Positions 1 through 9,858 of a DNA stretch of 37,171 bases are shown here, in pieces. Source of the stretch: an uncultured Vicinamibacteraceae bacterium (GTDB lineage Bacteria > Acidobacteriota > Vicinamibacteria > Vicinamibacterales > UBA8438); the NCBI GenBank assembly GCA_964591245.1, contig CAZPZZ010000004.1, positions 1,079 through 38,249 of the forward strand. Reading direction: 5' to 3'. The translations under genes were made by a program, and so were the position numbers. Numbering within the stretch: the stretch's first letter is position 1; each line of letters begins with the position of its first letter. The notes below the pieces were generated by a model that worked only from the letters and a program-made list of their open reading frames with translations, did no database searches and was not told the DNA's origin.

Positions 1-72
1 TTGCCGCACTCAGTCACAAGACCCTATGGTAACTGATCGCCAACAGAGTTGGACGCGGGGCGTCGAACCCTA

Positions 73-654
73 CTAGCGACTCGGTGATTCATCAATCCAC
101 ACCCGGATGTTGTTCCCCGCCCCCATCACGCGCACGACCTCCCCGCGCAACGGACTGAGCGCCTCAATAGCAGCCCTGACATTGAGCAGTTCGCCTTCAC
201 CCGAGAGCAACGCGTCGAGGACGACGACCGGCACTTCAACGCGCATCTCTGCTTCAACATCACCAGCATTCACAGTGAGCAAGACGGACTCTCCCTCACG
301 GACAATCTGTACGTCTTGCCCCTCGAATTGGAGCGGTCCAAATTCGATGTCACCAGCGTCGCGCAGTTGATGCCAGATGGTGCGAATGGCAGCCAGGGGA
401 ATCTCTTGGTCTCCACCAAGTTGTAGCTGTCCGTCGGACACGATAGTACCGGGAGCCATGGCGAGCGCTGCTTCAATGACAGCCAGCGGTAGATCGAGGT
501 TCATGTTCCCCGTACCGCCGGCAACGTCAATGTGAATCCAGGGTGTCGGCTCTCCCTCCGGTTGCCCCCCCTGGGCGCCCCCCATCATCACGGAGGCCGC
601 CCACACCGCCACAACCCCCATTACCTTGCTCACCCGGACGCACTCTTCTCTCAT
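73..654 (-). CDS. Hypothetical secreted protein
   Basis: ORF 73..837 trimmed to ATG 654, which follows a GGAGAGG RBS. Hydrophobic signal-like N-terminus; two similar 'xxLPLAVIEAAL'/'VEVPVVVLDALL' segments. Confidence 0.7.
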   Translation of the reverse strand: MREECVRVSKVMGVVAVWAASVMMGGAQGGQPEGEPTPWIHIDVAGGTGNMNLDLPLAVIEAALAMAPGTIVSDGQLQLGGDQEIPLAAIRTIWHQLRDAGDIEFGPLQFEGQDVQIVREGESVLLTVNAGDVEAEMRVEVPVVVLDALLSGEGELLNVRAAIEALSPLRGEVVRVMGAGNNIRVWIDESPSR

Positions 655-858
655 TGCAACCTCTCCTGCCTTCCGACACGGCACCTTCAACCAAGGCCCC
701 TTGAGCAAACCACCGCACGAGAAGACTCGGTCTCCTCTGCACTCACGCGAGGTCGGCCGGGTACGCCTGCGTGAGTGTACATGGGTGCCACGAGCCGAAC
801 GTAGCCCCCTTTCACGGCCGCGCACCGAACTGCCCAACGTCCAGTGTCGACTTCAACG

Positions 859-864
859 TATAAT
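859..864 (+). promoter_or_regulatory. Sigma70-type -10 element (TATAAT), very short leader
   Basis: Perfect TATAAT 11 nt upstream of ATG 876; no clear -35 or RBS. Confidence 0.45.
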
Positions 865-875
865 CTCGCTCTTCC

Positions 876-2021
876 ATGTCTGAGCTGGTGGAAAGACGTC
901 TCGCCTCATCCAAGCACTGGCCGGGTCGCCTCTTCTCCAGCGGACTGGCACTCCTGGTCTTGGCGTGCACCATGGCCGTGACCGAACGGGCTCTGTGCGC
1001 TCAGGAGCGACTCTCGCTCAACGTCGACCTCACCTTCTACGGAGACAATACAGAATTCTTCAATCCATGGCGGGAAGGCGAAACACTGCTCGGCACCGAA
1101 GGTCGCGTCTTCCTGGATGCGGAGCTGAGCAAACATGTCACACTCCGCGGTGGAATTTTCGCCGACCACCGCTTCGGGGACACGAATAACTTTCACATCG
1201 TGCGACCGGTACTCGCGCTGCACCTGCAGAACGACTTCACCCGCTTCATCATGGGGTCGATCGAAACCGGCACCCAACGGGTCGGTGACGGCCCCGACAA
1301 ACTTGGCCCACATGGCCTACTGCCTCCATTACAGCGCGAGTCTCTCGCCTTCACGCGACCAGATGAAGCCGGCATCCAATGGACCTTCGACACCCAGAGG
1401 CTCGAACAAGACACCTGGATCAACTGGCAGCGACTGAATACCGAAGCGAGCCGGGAGGTCTTCGACGCTGGAGTCCGGGGTGAACTCGCCATGGCCGACA
1501 ACCACCCGGTCAGACTCAGCTACCAATTCCACATCGTTCACCAAGGTGGGCAACTCTTTGCCTCGGGCCCTGTTGGTGATAGCTGGGGAGGTGGACCTGG
1601 CGTGATCGTCGACCTCCCCAAAGGCCTCTTCGACCGACAGACGGCCGAGATCCACGGCCTTGTCTCCCGTGACATCCCTGACCGCACCTTAGCCCCCACC
1701 GCGGGCACCGGTTTCGGCGTGTTTACGCGGTACGCCGCGCAACGCGCCGGATGGCGCGGACACGTCATCGCCTGGCGCGCTCGGGACTTCGTGAAACAAG
1801 ATGGGGATGAAAACTACGGATCGTTACGGGAAGACTGGCGTCTGGTGAGCCTACGGCATTATTTCGAGGCCGGGTTGACCCGAACGTACTATCCGGCCCC
1901 ACAGATGGGATTCGAAGTTGCCGCCCGGATACACCGCGTGGATACCCACCATGACTATTCGTTCCGTATCCTCGCAAAGGTCGACCTGAACATCCCATTC
2001 CCGACACCGGGCGTCCAGTGA
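876..2021 (+). CDS. Hypothetical secreted protein, probable outer-membrane beta-barrel
   Basis: Signal peptide ending ALCA|QE; many amphipathic beta-strand-like aromatic-rich segments, e.g. YSFRILAKVDLNIPF near the C-terminus. Confidence 0.65.
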   Translation: MSELVERRLASSKHWPGRLFSSGLALLVLACTMAVTERALCAQERLSLNVDLTFYGDNTEFFNPWREGETLLGTEGRVFLDAELSKHVTLRGGIFADHRFGDTNNFHIVRPVLALHLQNDFTRFIMGSIETGTQRVGDGPDKLGPHGLLPPLQRESLAFTRPDEAGIQWTFDTQRLEQDTWINWQRLNTEASREVFDAGVRGELAMADNHPVRLSYQFHIVHQGGQLFASGPVGDSWGGGPGVIVDLPKGLFDRQTAEIHGLVSRDIPDRTLAPTAGTGFGVFTRYAAQRAGWRGHVIAWRARDFVKQDGDENYGSLREDWRLVSLRHYFEAGLTRTYYPAPQMGFEVAARIHRVDTHHDYSFRILAKVDLNIPFPTPGVQ

Positions 2022-2078
2022 TTCGGCCGTATCAGCGGGATCGATACAGCTGACTATCAGGGGGCGCGCCACCATTCA

Positions 2079-3236
2079 CTAGAGCGCCGCGATGAATGCA
2101 TCAGTGAGCGCGTCAGCGGATTGCCGGTTCCACGTCTCGTTGACGCCGACGAGCAGCGTACCATCAGCACGAACGGAGCCAACGTCGATCCCACGATCCG
2201 ACAGTCCCCGCCGCATTGCTGTCGGGTTCGCACCGGCGACGCGCACGCGGAAGAGGTTGGTGGGCGCCGGCATGCGCTCAACCTCAAAGGCAGTATGTTC
2301 CGTCAACTGCGTGATGAACGCCTCGGAAATGTCGATCGCCTGCCGAAACCGCTCGACAAACCCGGGAAGGTAGTGGAGCGCAACCGCCGCAAACGGCCAC
2401 GCGCCGGGCAGACCAGCCCCGAACATGCGACGCGTGTGATACATCTCGTCGAGCAAGGCTCGCGGACCCGCCAGAATCGCCCCGGATACGGCGTTGAAAT
2501 ATTTGTAGAGCGATACGTAGACGGTATCAAAGGGGCGTGCGTAGTCGGCAACATCAATTCCGGTATAGCCACTCTGCAAGAAGAGCCGCGCCCCGTCGAG
2601 ATGAAGTCGAATGCCCTCTTGCTGGGCAAACGCCACCACGCGATCCAATTCCTTCTGGTCGAACATTTCTCCGAATTGGCGTCGCACGGGCGTTTCTATC
2701 GAGATCACGGATACGGGTCGCTTCACTCGCCCGCTGGCCGTTCGGTCAATCGCGGCCCGCATCTCTTCAAGCGTGAACGTACCGGAGCCTGGCGCCAATG
2801 GCAACAACGTGATGCCGCTCAACGTCTGCACGCAATCACCTGAATCATTGAACAGATGACTCTCGGCCTGCACAATGGCACGTCCGGTGCCTCCGGCAAG
2901 GGCACGAACCGCCAGGTGGTTTGCCAGGGTACCGGTGGGCATGAAAACCGCACGCTCCTTGCCGAGCATGGCCGCGAAACGCGCTTCGAGTTCGGCCACC
3001 GTTCCCCCATTCGAATAAGAATCGCGGCTGACCTTGCCCTCCTGGGCCAACTGAGTCCACAGCTGCGCCTGATCGGCTGGGGTCAACCCGAGCCCGTCCC
3101 CCACCATCCGCACTCGGCGCGACGACGACGCTCCCCCTGCACTGCCCTGCGCCCGAAGCCCACTGCCCTGGAGCCACCCTGCCCCAACGCCGAGGGCGCC
3201 CCCTTGTAAAAAACGTCGTCGGGGAATCGTCGTCAT
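2079..3236 (-). CDS. PLP-dependent low-specificity threonine aldolase/beta-eliminating lyase family protein with twin-arginine signal
   Basis: FMPTGTLAN, ESH, HLDGARL and SLYK (PLP lysine) motifs; PRRRFLQGG N-terminus. Start 3236 follows GGAGG (alternative start 3293). Confidence 0.85.
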   Translation of the reverse strand: MTTIPRRRFLQGGALGVGAGWLQGSGLRAQGSAGGASSSRRVRMVGDGLGLTPADQAQLWTQLAQEGKVSRDSYSNGGTVAELEARFAAMLGKERAVFMPTGTLANHLAVRALAGGTGRAIVQAESHLFNDSGDCVQTLSGITLLPLAPGSGTFTLEEMRAAIDRTASGRVKRPVSVISIETPVRRQFGEMFDQKELDRVVAFAQQEGIRLHLDGARLFLQSGYTGIDVADYARPFDTVYVSLYKYFNAVSGAILAGPRALLDEMYHTRRMFGAGLPGAWPFAAVALHYLPGFVERFRQAIDISEAFITQLTEHTAFEVERMPAPTNLFRVRVAGANPTAMRRGLSDRGIDVGSVRADGTLLVGVNETWNRQSADALTDAFIAAL

Positions 3237-3340
3237 CGTGCCTCCACTGCAGCAATCCAAAGAACCGCCATCTGCACAATCCGGTTCTGACATACCGCCT
3301 CACATAAGATGCGGCTCTCGTTGCCGAACGTACCCTCAAC

Positions 3341-5290
3341 TCATGGCAGCCTGTAGGCGAGGAGTTGCCCCGATCGGCCACTTCCACTTACAGCGACCAC
3401 AATGTACTGGACGCCGTCGAGTACATAGGTCATCGGAGAACCAGATTGCGGCGCCGGCATGTACACTTCGCCGACCTCCTCGCCGGTGAGCTTGTCATAG
3501 GCACGGAGCATCGCACCCTGCTCCCCCGATGGCGTCGTGAACACCCCACCTTCGCCCGCAATGACCAACGTCTTCGTGTTTAATGTTCCAATCCGCCCCA
3601 CGCGACCTGTACGTGGAATGTCAACACCGGCCAGTCTCGGATGGTTACGGATATTGTCAGGCGTCTCGCCGTGTGGCACTTGCCAGAGGATCTCCCCCTC
3701 GTTCAGGTCGATCGCAGTGATACGTCCCCATGGCGGCTTGATAATTGGAATACCTTCTATCGTCAACGCGGCGTCGCGAGCACTCACCTCCGACGCTCGG
3801 CCCCGGATGAAGTCCATCTCCGAGCGCTCCGGATCATTGATGAGTCCCAGGGACACGACCTGGGTGTAGGTATACAGGTAGATGATGCCCGTCTCCGGGT
3901 CGAACGACCCGCCACCCCAGTTCGTTCCTCCTGCCTGGGACGGCAACATCAGTGTGCCCCACGGCCCATCCGGTTCCGACACCGTCGGCGGTGTAAAGAT
4001 CGGCCCAAGCCTGTAGTTCGAGGCGATACGCTCTGCCTCGACCCGAAGCTCCGGAGTGAAATCAATCAAGTCATCGACGCTAACCCCCTGCCGGTCGTAG
4101 GCTGGTGGTTTCGTCACATAGGGCTGCGTCGGGGCCAACAACTCACCGGGCACAGTCGACGCTTCGACAGACCGCTCCTCGATAGGCCAGACCGGCTCGC
4201 CCGTCACACGGTCAAACACATAGAGCCAGGTCTGCTTCGTCGGCTGCGCGATGGCCTTGATTTCCCGTCCATCAACGGTGATATCTACCAGGATCGGCGC
4301 ACATGGCAGGTCCCAATCCCAGACGTCGTGGTGAATAAACTGGTAATACCAGAGCCGTTCGCCGGTCTCCAGATCCACGGCGATCAGACTGTCTGAGTAC
4401 AGATTGTCGCCATGACGGTGCCCACCGTAATAGTCATTAGTTGGCATCTCGGTCGCGAAATACGCGATGCCCAGGTCTTCATCCACCGTCATCTGTCCCC
4501 AGACCCCGGTATTGCCCGTGTAACGCCATGAGTCATTCAGCCAGGTGTCATTCCCGAACTCGTCCGCGGTGGGAATGGTATGGAAGATCCATTTCCGGTC
4601 CCCGGTGTTGGCATCGAAACCACGAATATAGCCTTTGACATTCTCCAGCGTACGGGGGGCACTTCCAGGAAGATGGGCGGCCCCGATAAGAATCGTGTCC
4701 CCGGCCACAATGGGCGCGGCATGCAAGCCCACCTCTCCGGTGACCAGGTCAATCTCCTGGTCCATGTTCTGCTTCAGATCGATGAGACCGTTATCGCCAA
4801 AACTTGCAAGCCGACGGCCGGTCGCCGCGTCCAATCCGATGAGCTGATATCCAGGGGTGACGTAGAAGATCTCACCGGCCCCATCGTTGTCGCGAAAGGC
4901 GAGACCACGCCCCGAACGACGGCGCGGAGCGTTCGCCCCTCTTTCACCTTCATCAAGGCGATGCGTCCACAGCAACTCGCCGGTCGCAGCGTCCGCCGCA
5001 AACACCGCTCGACGGGTTCCCGCGGTGCTATAGATCACGCCATCGACCATGAGCGGCGTGGACTGAAAGTTGAATTCGGGTTCAGGGCCAAAATTGTCAG
5101 TACTCAGACTCCAGGCCAACTCGAGGTCGTTGAAGTTGTCTGCGTTGATTTGATCAGCCGGCGAATAGCGCGTGCTCGCCAGGTCACTTCCATACGTTCT
5201 CCATTCGAGATCTCCGGCCTCTTGCGCCAGGACCGACGTACTGGCCACGAGGATCACGCCGGCCATCGAGCACATCCATCTGCGTACCAC
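3341..5290 (-). CDS. PQQ-dependent dehydrogenase, glucose/quinate dehydrogenase-like 8-bladed propeller, secreted
   Basis: YSPADQINADN, STPLMVDG, repeated AxDxxTG..W motifs, HHDVWDWDLP, GGTNWGG, KPPWGRITAIDL, SPMTY; signal peptide; AAGGAGG RBS. Confidence 0.9.
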   Translation of the reverse strand: MVRRWMCSMAGVILVASTSVLAQEAGDLEWRTYGSDLASTRYSPADQINADNFNDLELAWSLSTDNFGPEPEFNFQSTPLMVDGVIYSTAGTRRAVFAADAATGELLWTHRLDEGERGANAPRRRSGRGLAFRDNDGAGEIFYVTPGYQLIGLDAATGRRLASFGDNGLIDLKQNMDQEIDLVTGEVGLHAAPIVAGDTILIGAAHLPGSAPRTLENVKGYIRGFDANTGDRKWIFHTIPTADEFGNDTWLNDSWRYTGNTGVWGQMTVDEDLGIAYFATEMPTNDYYGGHRHGDNLYSDSLIAVDLETGERLWYYQFIHHDVWDWDLPCAPILVDITVDGREIKAIAQPTKQTWLYVFDRVTGEPVWPIEERSVEASTVPGELLAPTQPYVTKPPAYDRQGVSVDDLIDFTPELRVEAERIASNYRLGPIFTPPTVSEPDGPWGTLMLPSQAGGTNWGGGSFDPETGIIYLYTYTQVVSLGLINDPERSEMDFIRGRASEVSARDAALTIEGIPIIKPPWGRITAIDLNEGEILWQVPHGETPDNIRNHPRLAGVDIPRTGRVGRIGTLNTKTLVIAGEGGVFTTPSGEQGAMLRAYDKLTGEEVGEVYMPAPQSGSPMTYVLDGVQYIVVAVSGSGRSGQLLAYRLP

Positions 5291-5474
5291 ACGCCCTCCT
5301 TATGAATCGTCAGTGAGACCCCTGCCCCACGTCTCTCTCATTCCCGTATCCGCGCATCCTACCCCGGACCGCAACATCTTCCAACGCATCAGCGAGCGCC
5401 ATGCAGACCGCTACACTCTCCCTGGGGGAAGACCGTCGCCGGGATCCACCGGAATACAGGAAAGGGAACTCGTC

Positions 5475-5912
5475 ATGAGACCGCATACGGGCATTGGGGT
5501 AACCGCTATTTTCACTGCGCTGTCGCTCCTCGCTGGCATGGTCGTTGTCATGGCGGGTGGACAACGAGGCACCACTCGCGCGCCAGGGCAGCCAGGCTTC
5601 GACACAGGCACGGTCGCCGTGCAGGTAACCAACCGCCCAGGCGTCATGGTGACCAACAAACCGATGGTCATGGCGCGACAAAACGGTCCATGGGTTGTAA
5701 GTTTCGCAGACCCTGAGATGGGGGCAGGCACAGCGCTCGAATTCCTCCAGGTGGGAATTCCCTATCGATTCACCTGGCCCGGCGGACTCTTGGAAGAGCA
5801 CATTGTCCGAACAGTCTTCAAAGATGGATGGGTGCAGGTTGAACAACCAGCAGGGACGGCCAGGTCGCTAAACACCTCGGCCGTGACAACAATCGACGAA
5901 ATCACTCCCTAA
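5475..5912 (+). CDS. Hypothetical protein with N-terminal signal/TM segment
   Basis: 3' part of ORF 5172..5912; ATG 5475 follows purine-rich GGAAAGGG; hydrophobic IGVTAIFTALSLLAGMVVVMA. Confidence 0.6.
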   Translation: MRPHTGIGVTAIFTALSLLAGMVVVMAGGQRGTTRAPGQPGFDTGTVAVQVTNRPGVMVTNKPMVMARQNGPWVVSFADPEMGAGTALEFLQVGIPYRFTWPGGLLEEHIVRTVFKDGWVQVEQPAGTARSLNTSAVTTIDEITP

Positions 5913-6015
5913 CGCATACAAGCCCAGGCCACACCCCTCGGCTCAATCGGTCGCGGGAATCGAAGGCTTCCGTCAGACCTTCGCCGATACGCACGCCGGA
6001 ACGGACACGAACCTC

Positions 6016-6996
6016 TTATTTGGCCGCCCGTGCCGCTTCCTCTGCTCGCGCACCAGCAAGAATGCCCGCCATCGAATAATTCCCCTCATGGCACGCGTAC
6101 TCGTAGAGCGGTTCGTCGGTTCGCAGAAGTTCTACTTGTGCGGTCCAAGGCCGTGCCCAGGTTTCGACGTCTTCGACCGTAAATTCGTAACGGATCGCAC
6201 CGAGACCGACCCGTGTAAAACGCTCGATCAGCCGGGCCTCCGGGGTGGAGCCTCGCACACTCGTCAGGCGATGGAAGTTCTTCGTCTCGACCACGAGGGT
6301 GTCTCCCTCCCACCGACCTCGAGAATCCCCTACGAACTGCCGGAGCGTCCCATGAGGACGTCCATCCAGCGGTATGACCCGCAACGTGTGCGTCATTTCA
6401 ATCAGCAACACCACATGGTCTGGCGTCTGAAAGAGATGCACATTGTTGTTATAGGCACTCGGGACCATGGGAAGCCCGGTCGTGAACATGCATCGATCAT
6501 TCAGCCCGCGATCCTCCCAGGAGTCCGCAGGATGCTCCCGCCGATATGCCCGCCTCGCGGCGGCCCGTGCAGCGGCGGCCGTGGTCAACATCGGAACTCG
6601 TCCATCCGGTGGATCAACGATCAAGGACGTGCGTCTCGTCCCAATCGTCGTCGTTCCACGGTCAAGCCAAAAGTCGTTGTAGGCCCCGAGCGCACCATTT
6701 TCACCGCGGTCCACACTCGCGCCAGCCCTCGTGCGCCGCGCGGGGCGGTCCAGTAACTGCTGCTCTCGCTCGACGGTGGCTTGCTCGAGCGTGGCAGCCT
6801 CCTCTTCCGTCAGAAACTCCCGCTCAGACAGTTCTTCTGGGCGTTGAAGCGGTGTGATCGAGCGAAAATCCCAAATACCACCAAGTGCCGGATCACCCCA
6901 GGCGGTACGGAGCATGGACTGCGCCGTAACGGAAGCTACTGACATGACGAGGCTGAAGACAACGCCGATTCCAACGACTACCTGTCGATGCCGCAT
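6016..6996 (-). CDS. Uncharacterised secreted protein, 'WGxPxLxGxW...EYACHEGNY' family (paralog 1)
   Basis: Signal peptide, GGAGG RBS; collinear motifs shared with 7056..8156. Confidence 0.85.
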   Translation of the reverse strand: MRHRQVVVGIGVVFSLVMSVASVTAQSMLRTAWGDPALGGIWDFRSITPLQRPEELSEREFLTEEEAATLEQATVEREQQLLDRPARRTRAGASVDRGENGALGAYNDFWLDRGTTTIGTRRTSLIVDPPDGRVPMLTTAAAARAAARRAYRREHPADSWEDRGLNDRCMFTTGLPMVPSAYNNNVHLFQTPDHVVLLIEMTHTLRVIPLDGRPHGTLRQFVGDSRGRWEGDTLVVETKNFHRLTSVRGSTPEARLIERFTRVGLGAIRYEFTVEDVETWARPWTAQVELLRTDEPLYEYACHEGNYSMAGILAGARAEEAARAAK

Positions 6997-7055
6997 CTGA
7001 ACCTCCGAGCAATGCCTGGCCGGTCCGTCCGCCCAGTGCTCTAAACAATGCCGTA

Positions 7056-8156
7056 CTAGCGTCCCCCTGTGGGCAAGACAATAGGCACCGCAGGTTCTCT
7101 GATGCCAGGATGCCCCGCGTCCTTTCGCTGTTGAGACACAAGCGCCGCCGCCCGCAGGGCGAGATCCTCATCAGCGCGGGCCCCGGTCAGCAAATTCACC
7201 ATCCCGTAATTTCCTTCGTGGCAGGCGTACTCGAATAGATGATTCAGCGGATCGGCGGTATCTCGCCGCTGCATAGGAATCGCGACCGTATACGGTTGCG
7301 TAAAGGTTGCCTGATCCTCCACGGTGAACTGGTAATCAATCGTATTCGAGTCCACCATACGGAAACGTTCGATCAGTCGAAGCGTCCCGCCCGGTCCTCG
7401 GTGCCCTGTCTGGATGATGTGCGAGGGTTGATAGTTTCCGCCATCCAAACGGTTATGAAACCCCGCGGTCTCGACAATGAGCGTGTCGCCTTCCCACCGC
7501 CCCCGGCTATCCCCTAGCCACTGACGAATCCCATCGCCCACATGATCGCGTCCGTCCAGTGGAATGATACGCGTCTCGTGGATCATCTCCATGACAATCG
7601 CGATATGATCCGGCGTCTGAAAAATCTGGTAGTTCGCGTTGTAGATATTGGGAATCATCGCGATCGGCAAGGTCCGAGAAATGCAGCGCTCCCAACTATT
7701 CCGATCGAGCCATGAATCACCTTCCCCCCGACCAGTTCTGGCGTCCTCTCGCTCCACAAGACGCTGTATGGCGTCCGGTCGCATGACCGGAATGCGACCG
7801 TCTGGTGGATCGACAATCAACGAGTCACGGCCTAGTGCACCGGCTTGCTCGAGCCAACCGGCCCCCGTCCCGTCAGTCGCCTCACGCACAGCCGCCTGCG
7901 CCGCCCGACTCTGCGCTCGTTCCTCTGTTGTCAACCGTTCGAGTGGAGTCGTCGTCGAGTTGTTCCACACGCCACGAAGATCCGGATGTCCCCATGGCGT
8001 CTTCGGAGCCAGAGCCGCTCCCTCTGAGTCCAGTCGTCCATTCAGCTCGGTCGATGCGCCCGACACGGTCCGAGAAGCCTGACCGGCTGCGTCCGTGCCG
8101 ACACACGTGACTAGCACCAACACGAACAACGAAACACACTGTCGCGAATAACTCAT
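7056..8156 (-). CDS. Uncharacterised secreted protein, 'EYACHEGNY' family (paralog 2)
   Basis: Start trimmed to ATG 8156 after GGAGG; signal peptide; LIVDPPDGR, GDSRGRWEGDTL and EYACHEGNY shared with paralog 1. Confidence 0.85.
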   Translation of the reverse strand: MSYSRQCVSLFVLVLVTCVGTDAAGQASRTVSGASTELNGRLDSEGAALAPKTPWGHPDLRGVWNNSTTTPLERLTTEERAQSRAAQAAVREATDGTGAGWLEQAGALGRDSLIVDPPDGRIPVMRPDAIQRLVEREDARTGRGEGDSWLDRNSWERCISRTLPIAMIPNIYNANYQIFQTPDHIAIVMEMIHETRIIPLDGRDHVGDGIRQWLGDSRGRWEGDTLIVETAGFHNRLDGGNYQPSHIIQTGHRGPGGTLRLIERFRMVDSNTIDYQFTVEDQATFTQPYTVAIPMQRRDTADPLNHLFEYACHEGNYGMVNLLTGARADEDLALRAAALVSQQRKDAGHPGIREPAVPIVLPTGGR

Positions 8157-8312
8157 CGAGCACACCTCCAGGTCATATCTTAGCGCGGTCTCAACGCCCT
8201 GCATCCAGAGCACACAACCCGGTCGCAGGAATGGGGACCCCGGGCTGCCGCTCGCGAATGAGAATTCACGTCGGAGCTCCCATCCGGGCCATCGAGAGAA
8301 CAGTCCCAAGGT

Positions 8313-9749
8313 CTACCGTGACGGAGCCGCAACCAGCTTCCGAACCCATCCGTCGCCTTTCGTCAACAGATAGAGTTCTCCGCTCGCATCGATTCCCAGG
8401 CGCAGGTCAACCCGATCGCCTGGACCGTAGGTATTCGGAAAACCAGCCACCTCGACGATATCCCGCTCCTCACCGTCAAACATCAGTCGAATTTCCGTGA
8501 TTTCCACCGGCAGCTCCCCATCGAGCGCATCCACGTCAAACGTTAACAACCGCCCTCGTGGAAACTCGGCAAAAACATACTGCCCCTGGAGTTCAGGGAT
8601 CGCTCGACCTCGATAGACAAAGCCACCGCCCACCGCATTGCCGTCATCGTGGTCGTACTGCGCCACCGGATACACGAATTCGTGCTCATCGCGATCCGGA
8701 AGCGGATATACCGGTCCCGGCCCCGCTCCGACGGCGTACCCGCTCGCAAAGGTCCCCTCCCGCAACCGCCAGCCATAATTTGCACCAGGTTGACCAACAT
8801 TGACCTCCTCCACCTGGTTCTGGCCAATATCCCCAATGAACATTCTGCCGTCGGTATCCCACGAAAAATGCTGGGGATGGCGAAGTCCATATGCCCAGAT
8901 CTCAGGCGCCGCACCAGTACGCGCAACAAACGGATTATCCGAGGGAATGCCATACCCCTGGGTGGCATCGCCTCCGAGCGGATCGATTCGAATAATGGCG
9001 GCCTGAGGAACGGCCAGCGACTGGCCGTAGTCTTGTGGATCATGCGCTGCCCCCCCATCTCCCAAGCAGGCGTACAGCATGCCGTGATCTGGCGATCCGG
9101 GCTCGGCATAGGGATTAAACGCGATCGTACCGATGTTGTGATTCGGGGCGAACTGACCGATACGAAACACTTCCCGTGAAGAGCCACTAAAAACGTTGGC
9201 ACTCGGGTCAGTCATGGTCCATTCGCGAATGACGCTTTCGTGACTTCCTGCGTCGTCCTCCAGATAGTCCGCAATGCCGCTGGCGGAATCGGTGCTGTAC
9301 GCGGTGTACAACTTGCCGAACCCGGGCGTCCCCTCCTCAGCAAATTGTGGGTGAAAGGCCACACTAACCAGACCGGCCTCGTTCGGAAACATGGAATCAT
9401 CGAAGCCGACGTCCTCTTCGCGCAGATCCAAGAATGTGACGGGCGCCATCCCGTCCTCGTCGGTCGCATACACGATCCCTCGCAGATCATTCAGTGCCAA
9501 TCGACCGGCATCGTCTCCGAAAGGGACGAGATACTGAATGCGGGCAAACGCGGCGTTGATCTGTCTTCCTCCACTTGAGTCCGAGGTCTCCGGTACGCGT
9601 ACAAAGGTTTCGGTCCCGACAATGAGATCGCCTTTGCGAATAGTCTCTGGGATCGGATCCTCCAGCGGCTCCAGCTGACCAGCGGCCGCGGAGAGGATAG
9701 AGGCGAACGTGAGGGTAGCTACGACGCTGAATACTCTTGTAACGTGCAT
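8313..9749 (-). CDS. Glucose/sorbosone dehydrogenase family (PQQ-dependent sugar dehydrogenase, 6-bladed propeller)
   Basis: GLVSVAFHPQF, NHNIGTIAF, GDGG, IPSDNPF, EIWAYGLRHP, DIGQNQVEEVN, GANYGW; signal peptide. Confidence 0.88.
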   Translation of the reverse strand: MHVTRVFSVVATLTFASILSAAAGQLEPLEDPIPETIRKGDLIVGTETFVRVPETSDSSGGRQINAAFARIQYLVPFGDDAGRLALNDLRGIVYATDEDGMAPVTFLDLREEDVGFDDSMFPNEAGLVSVAFHPQFAEEGTPGFGKLYTAYSTDSASGIADYLEDDAGSHESVIREWTMTDPSANVFSGSSREVFRIGQFAPNHNIGTIAFNPYAEPGSPDHGMLYACLGDGGAAHDPQDYGQSLAVPQAAIIRIDPLGGDATQGYGIPSDNPFVARTGAAPEIWAYGLRHPQHFSWDTDGRMFIGDIGQNQVEEVNVGQPGANYGWRLREGTFASGYAVGAGPGPVYPLPDRDEHEFVYPVAQYDHDDGNAVGGGFVYRGRAIPELQGQYVFAEFPRGRLLTFDVDALDGELPVEITEIRLMFDGEERDIVEVAGFPNTYGPGDRVDLRLGIDASGELYLLTKGDGWVRKLVAAPSR

Positions 9750-9858
9750 TCAAGAAGTATGAACCGAACACCAGATGGCGGTCTACCTTTCGCCGTCCGA
9801 CTCCGTGGGTGACCGCGCAAGAACCGGGCGTCAGCACCGATACGGATCCGCGTCCGCC

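Noticed and set aside
774-790. Minus-strand TGGCAC resembling a sigma54 -24 box
   Set aside because: The -12 position reads TACA rather than TTGC; the GG-N10-GC rule fails.
4310-4335. WDWD motif as evidence of lanthanide dependence in the GDH-like enzyme
   Set aside because: DxD also occurs in Ca/Mg-dependent membrane glucose dehydrogenases, so it is not diagnostic in this clade.
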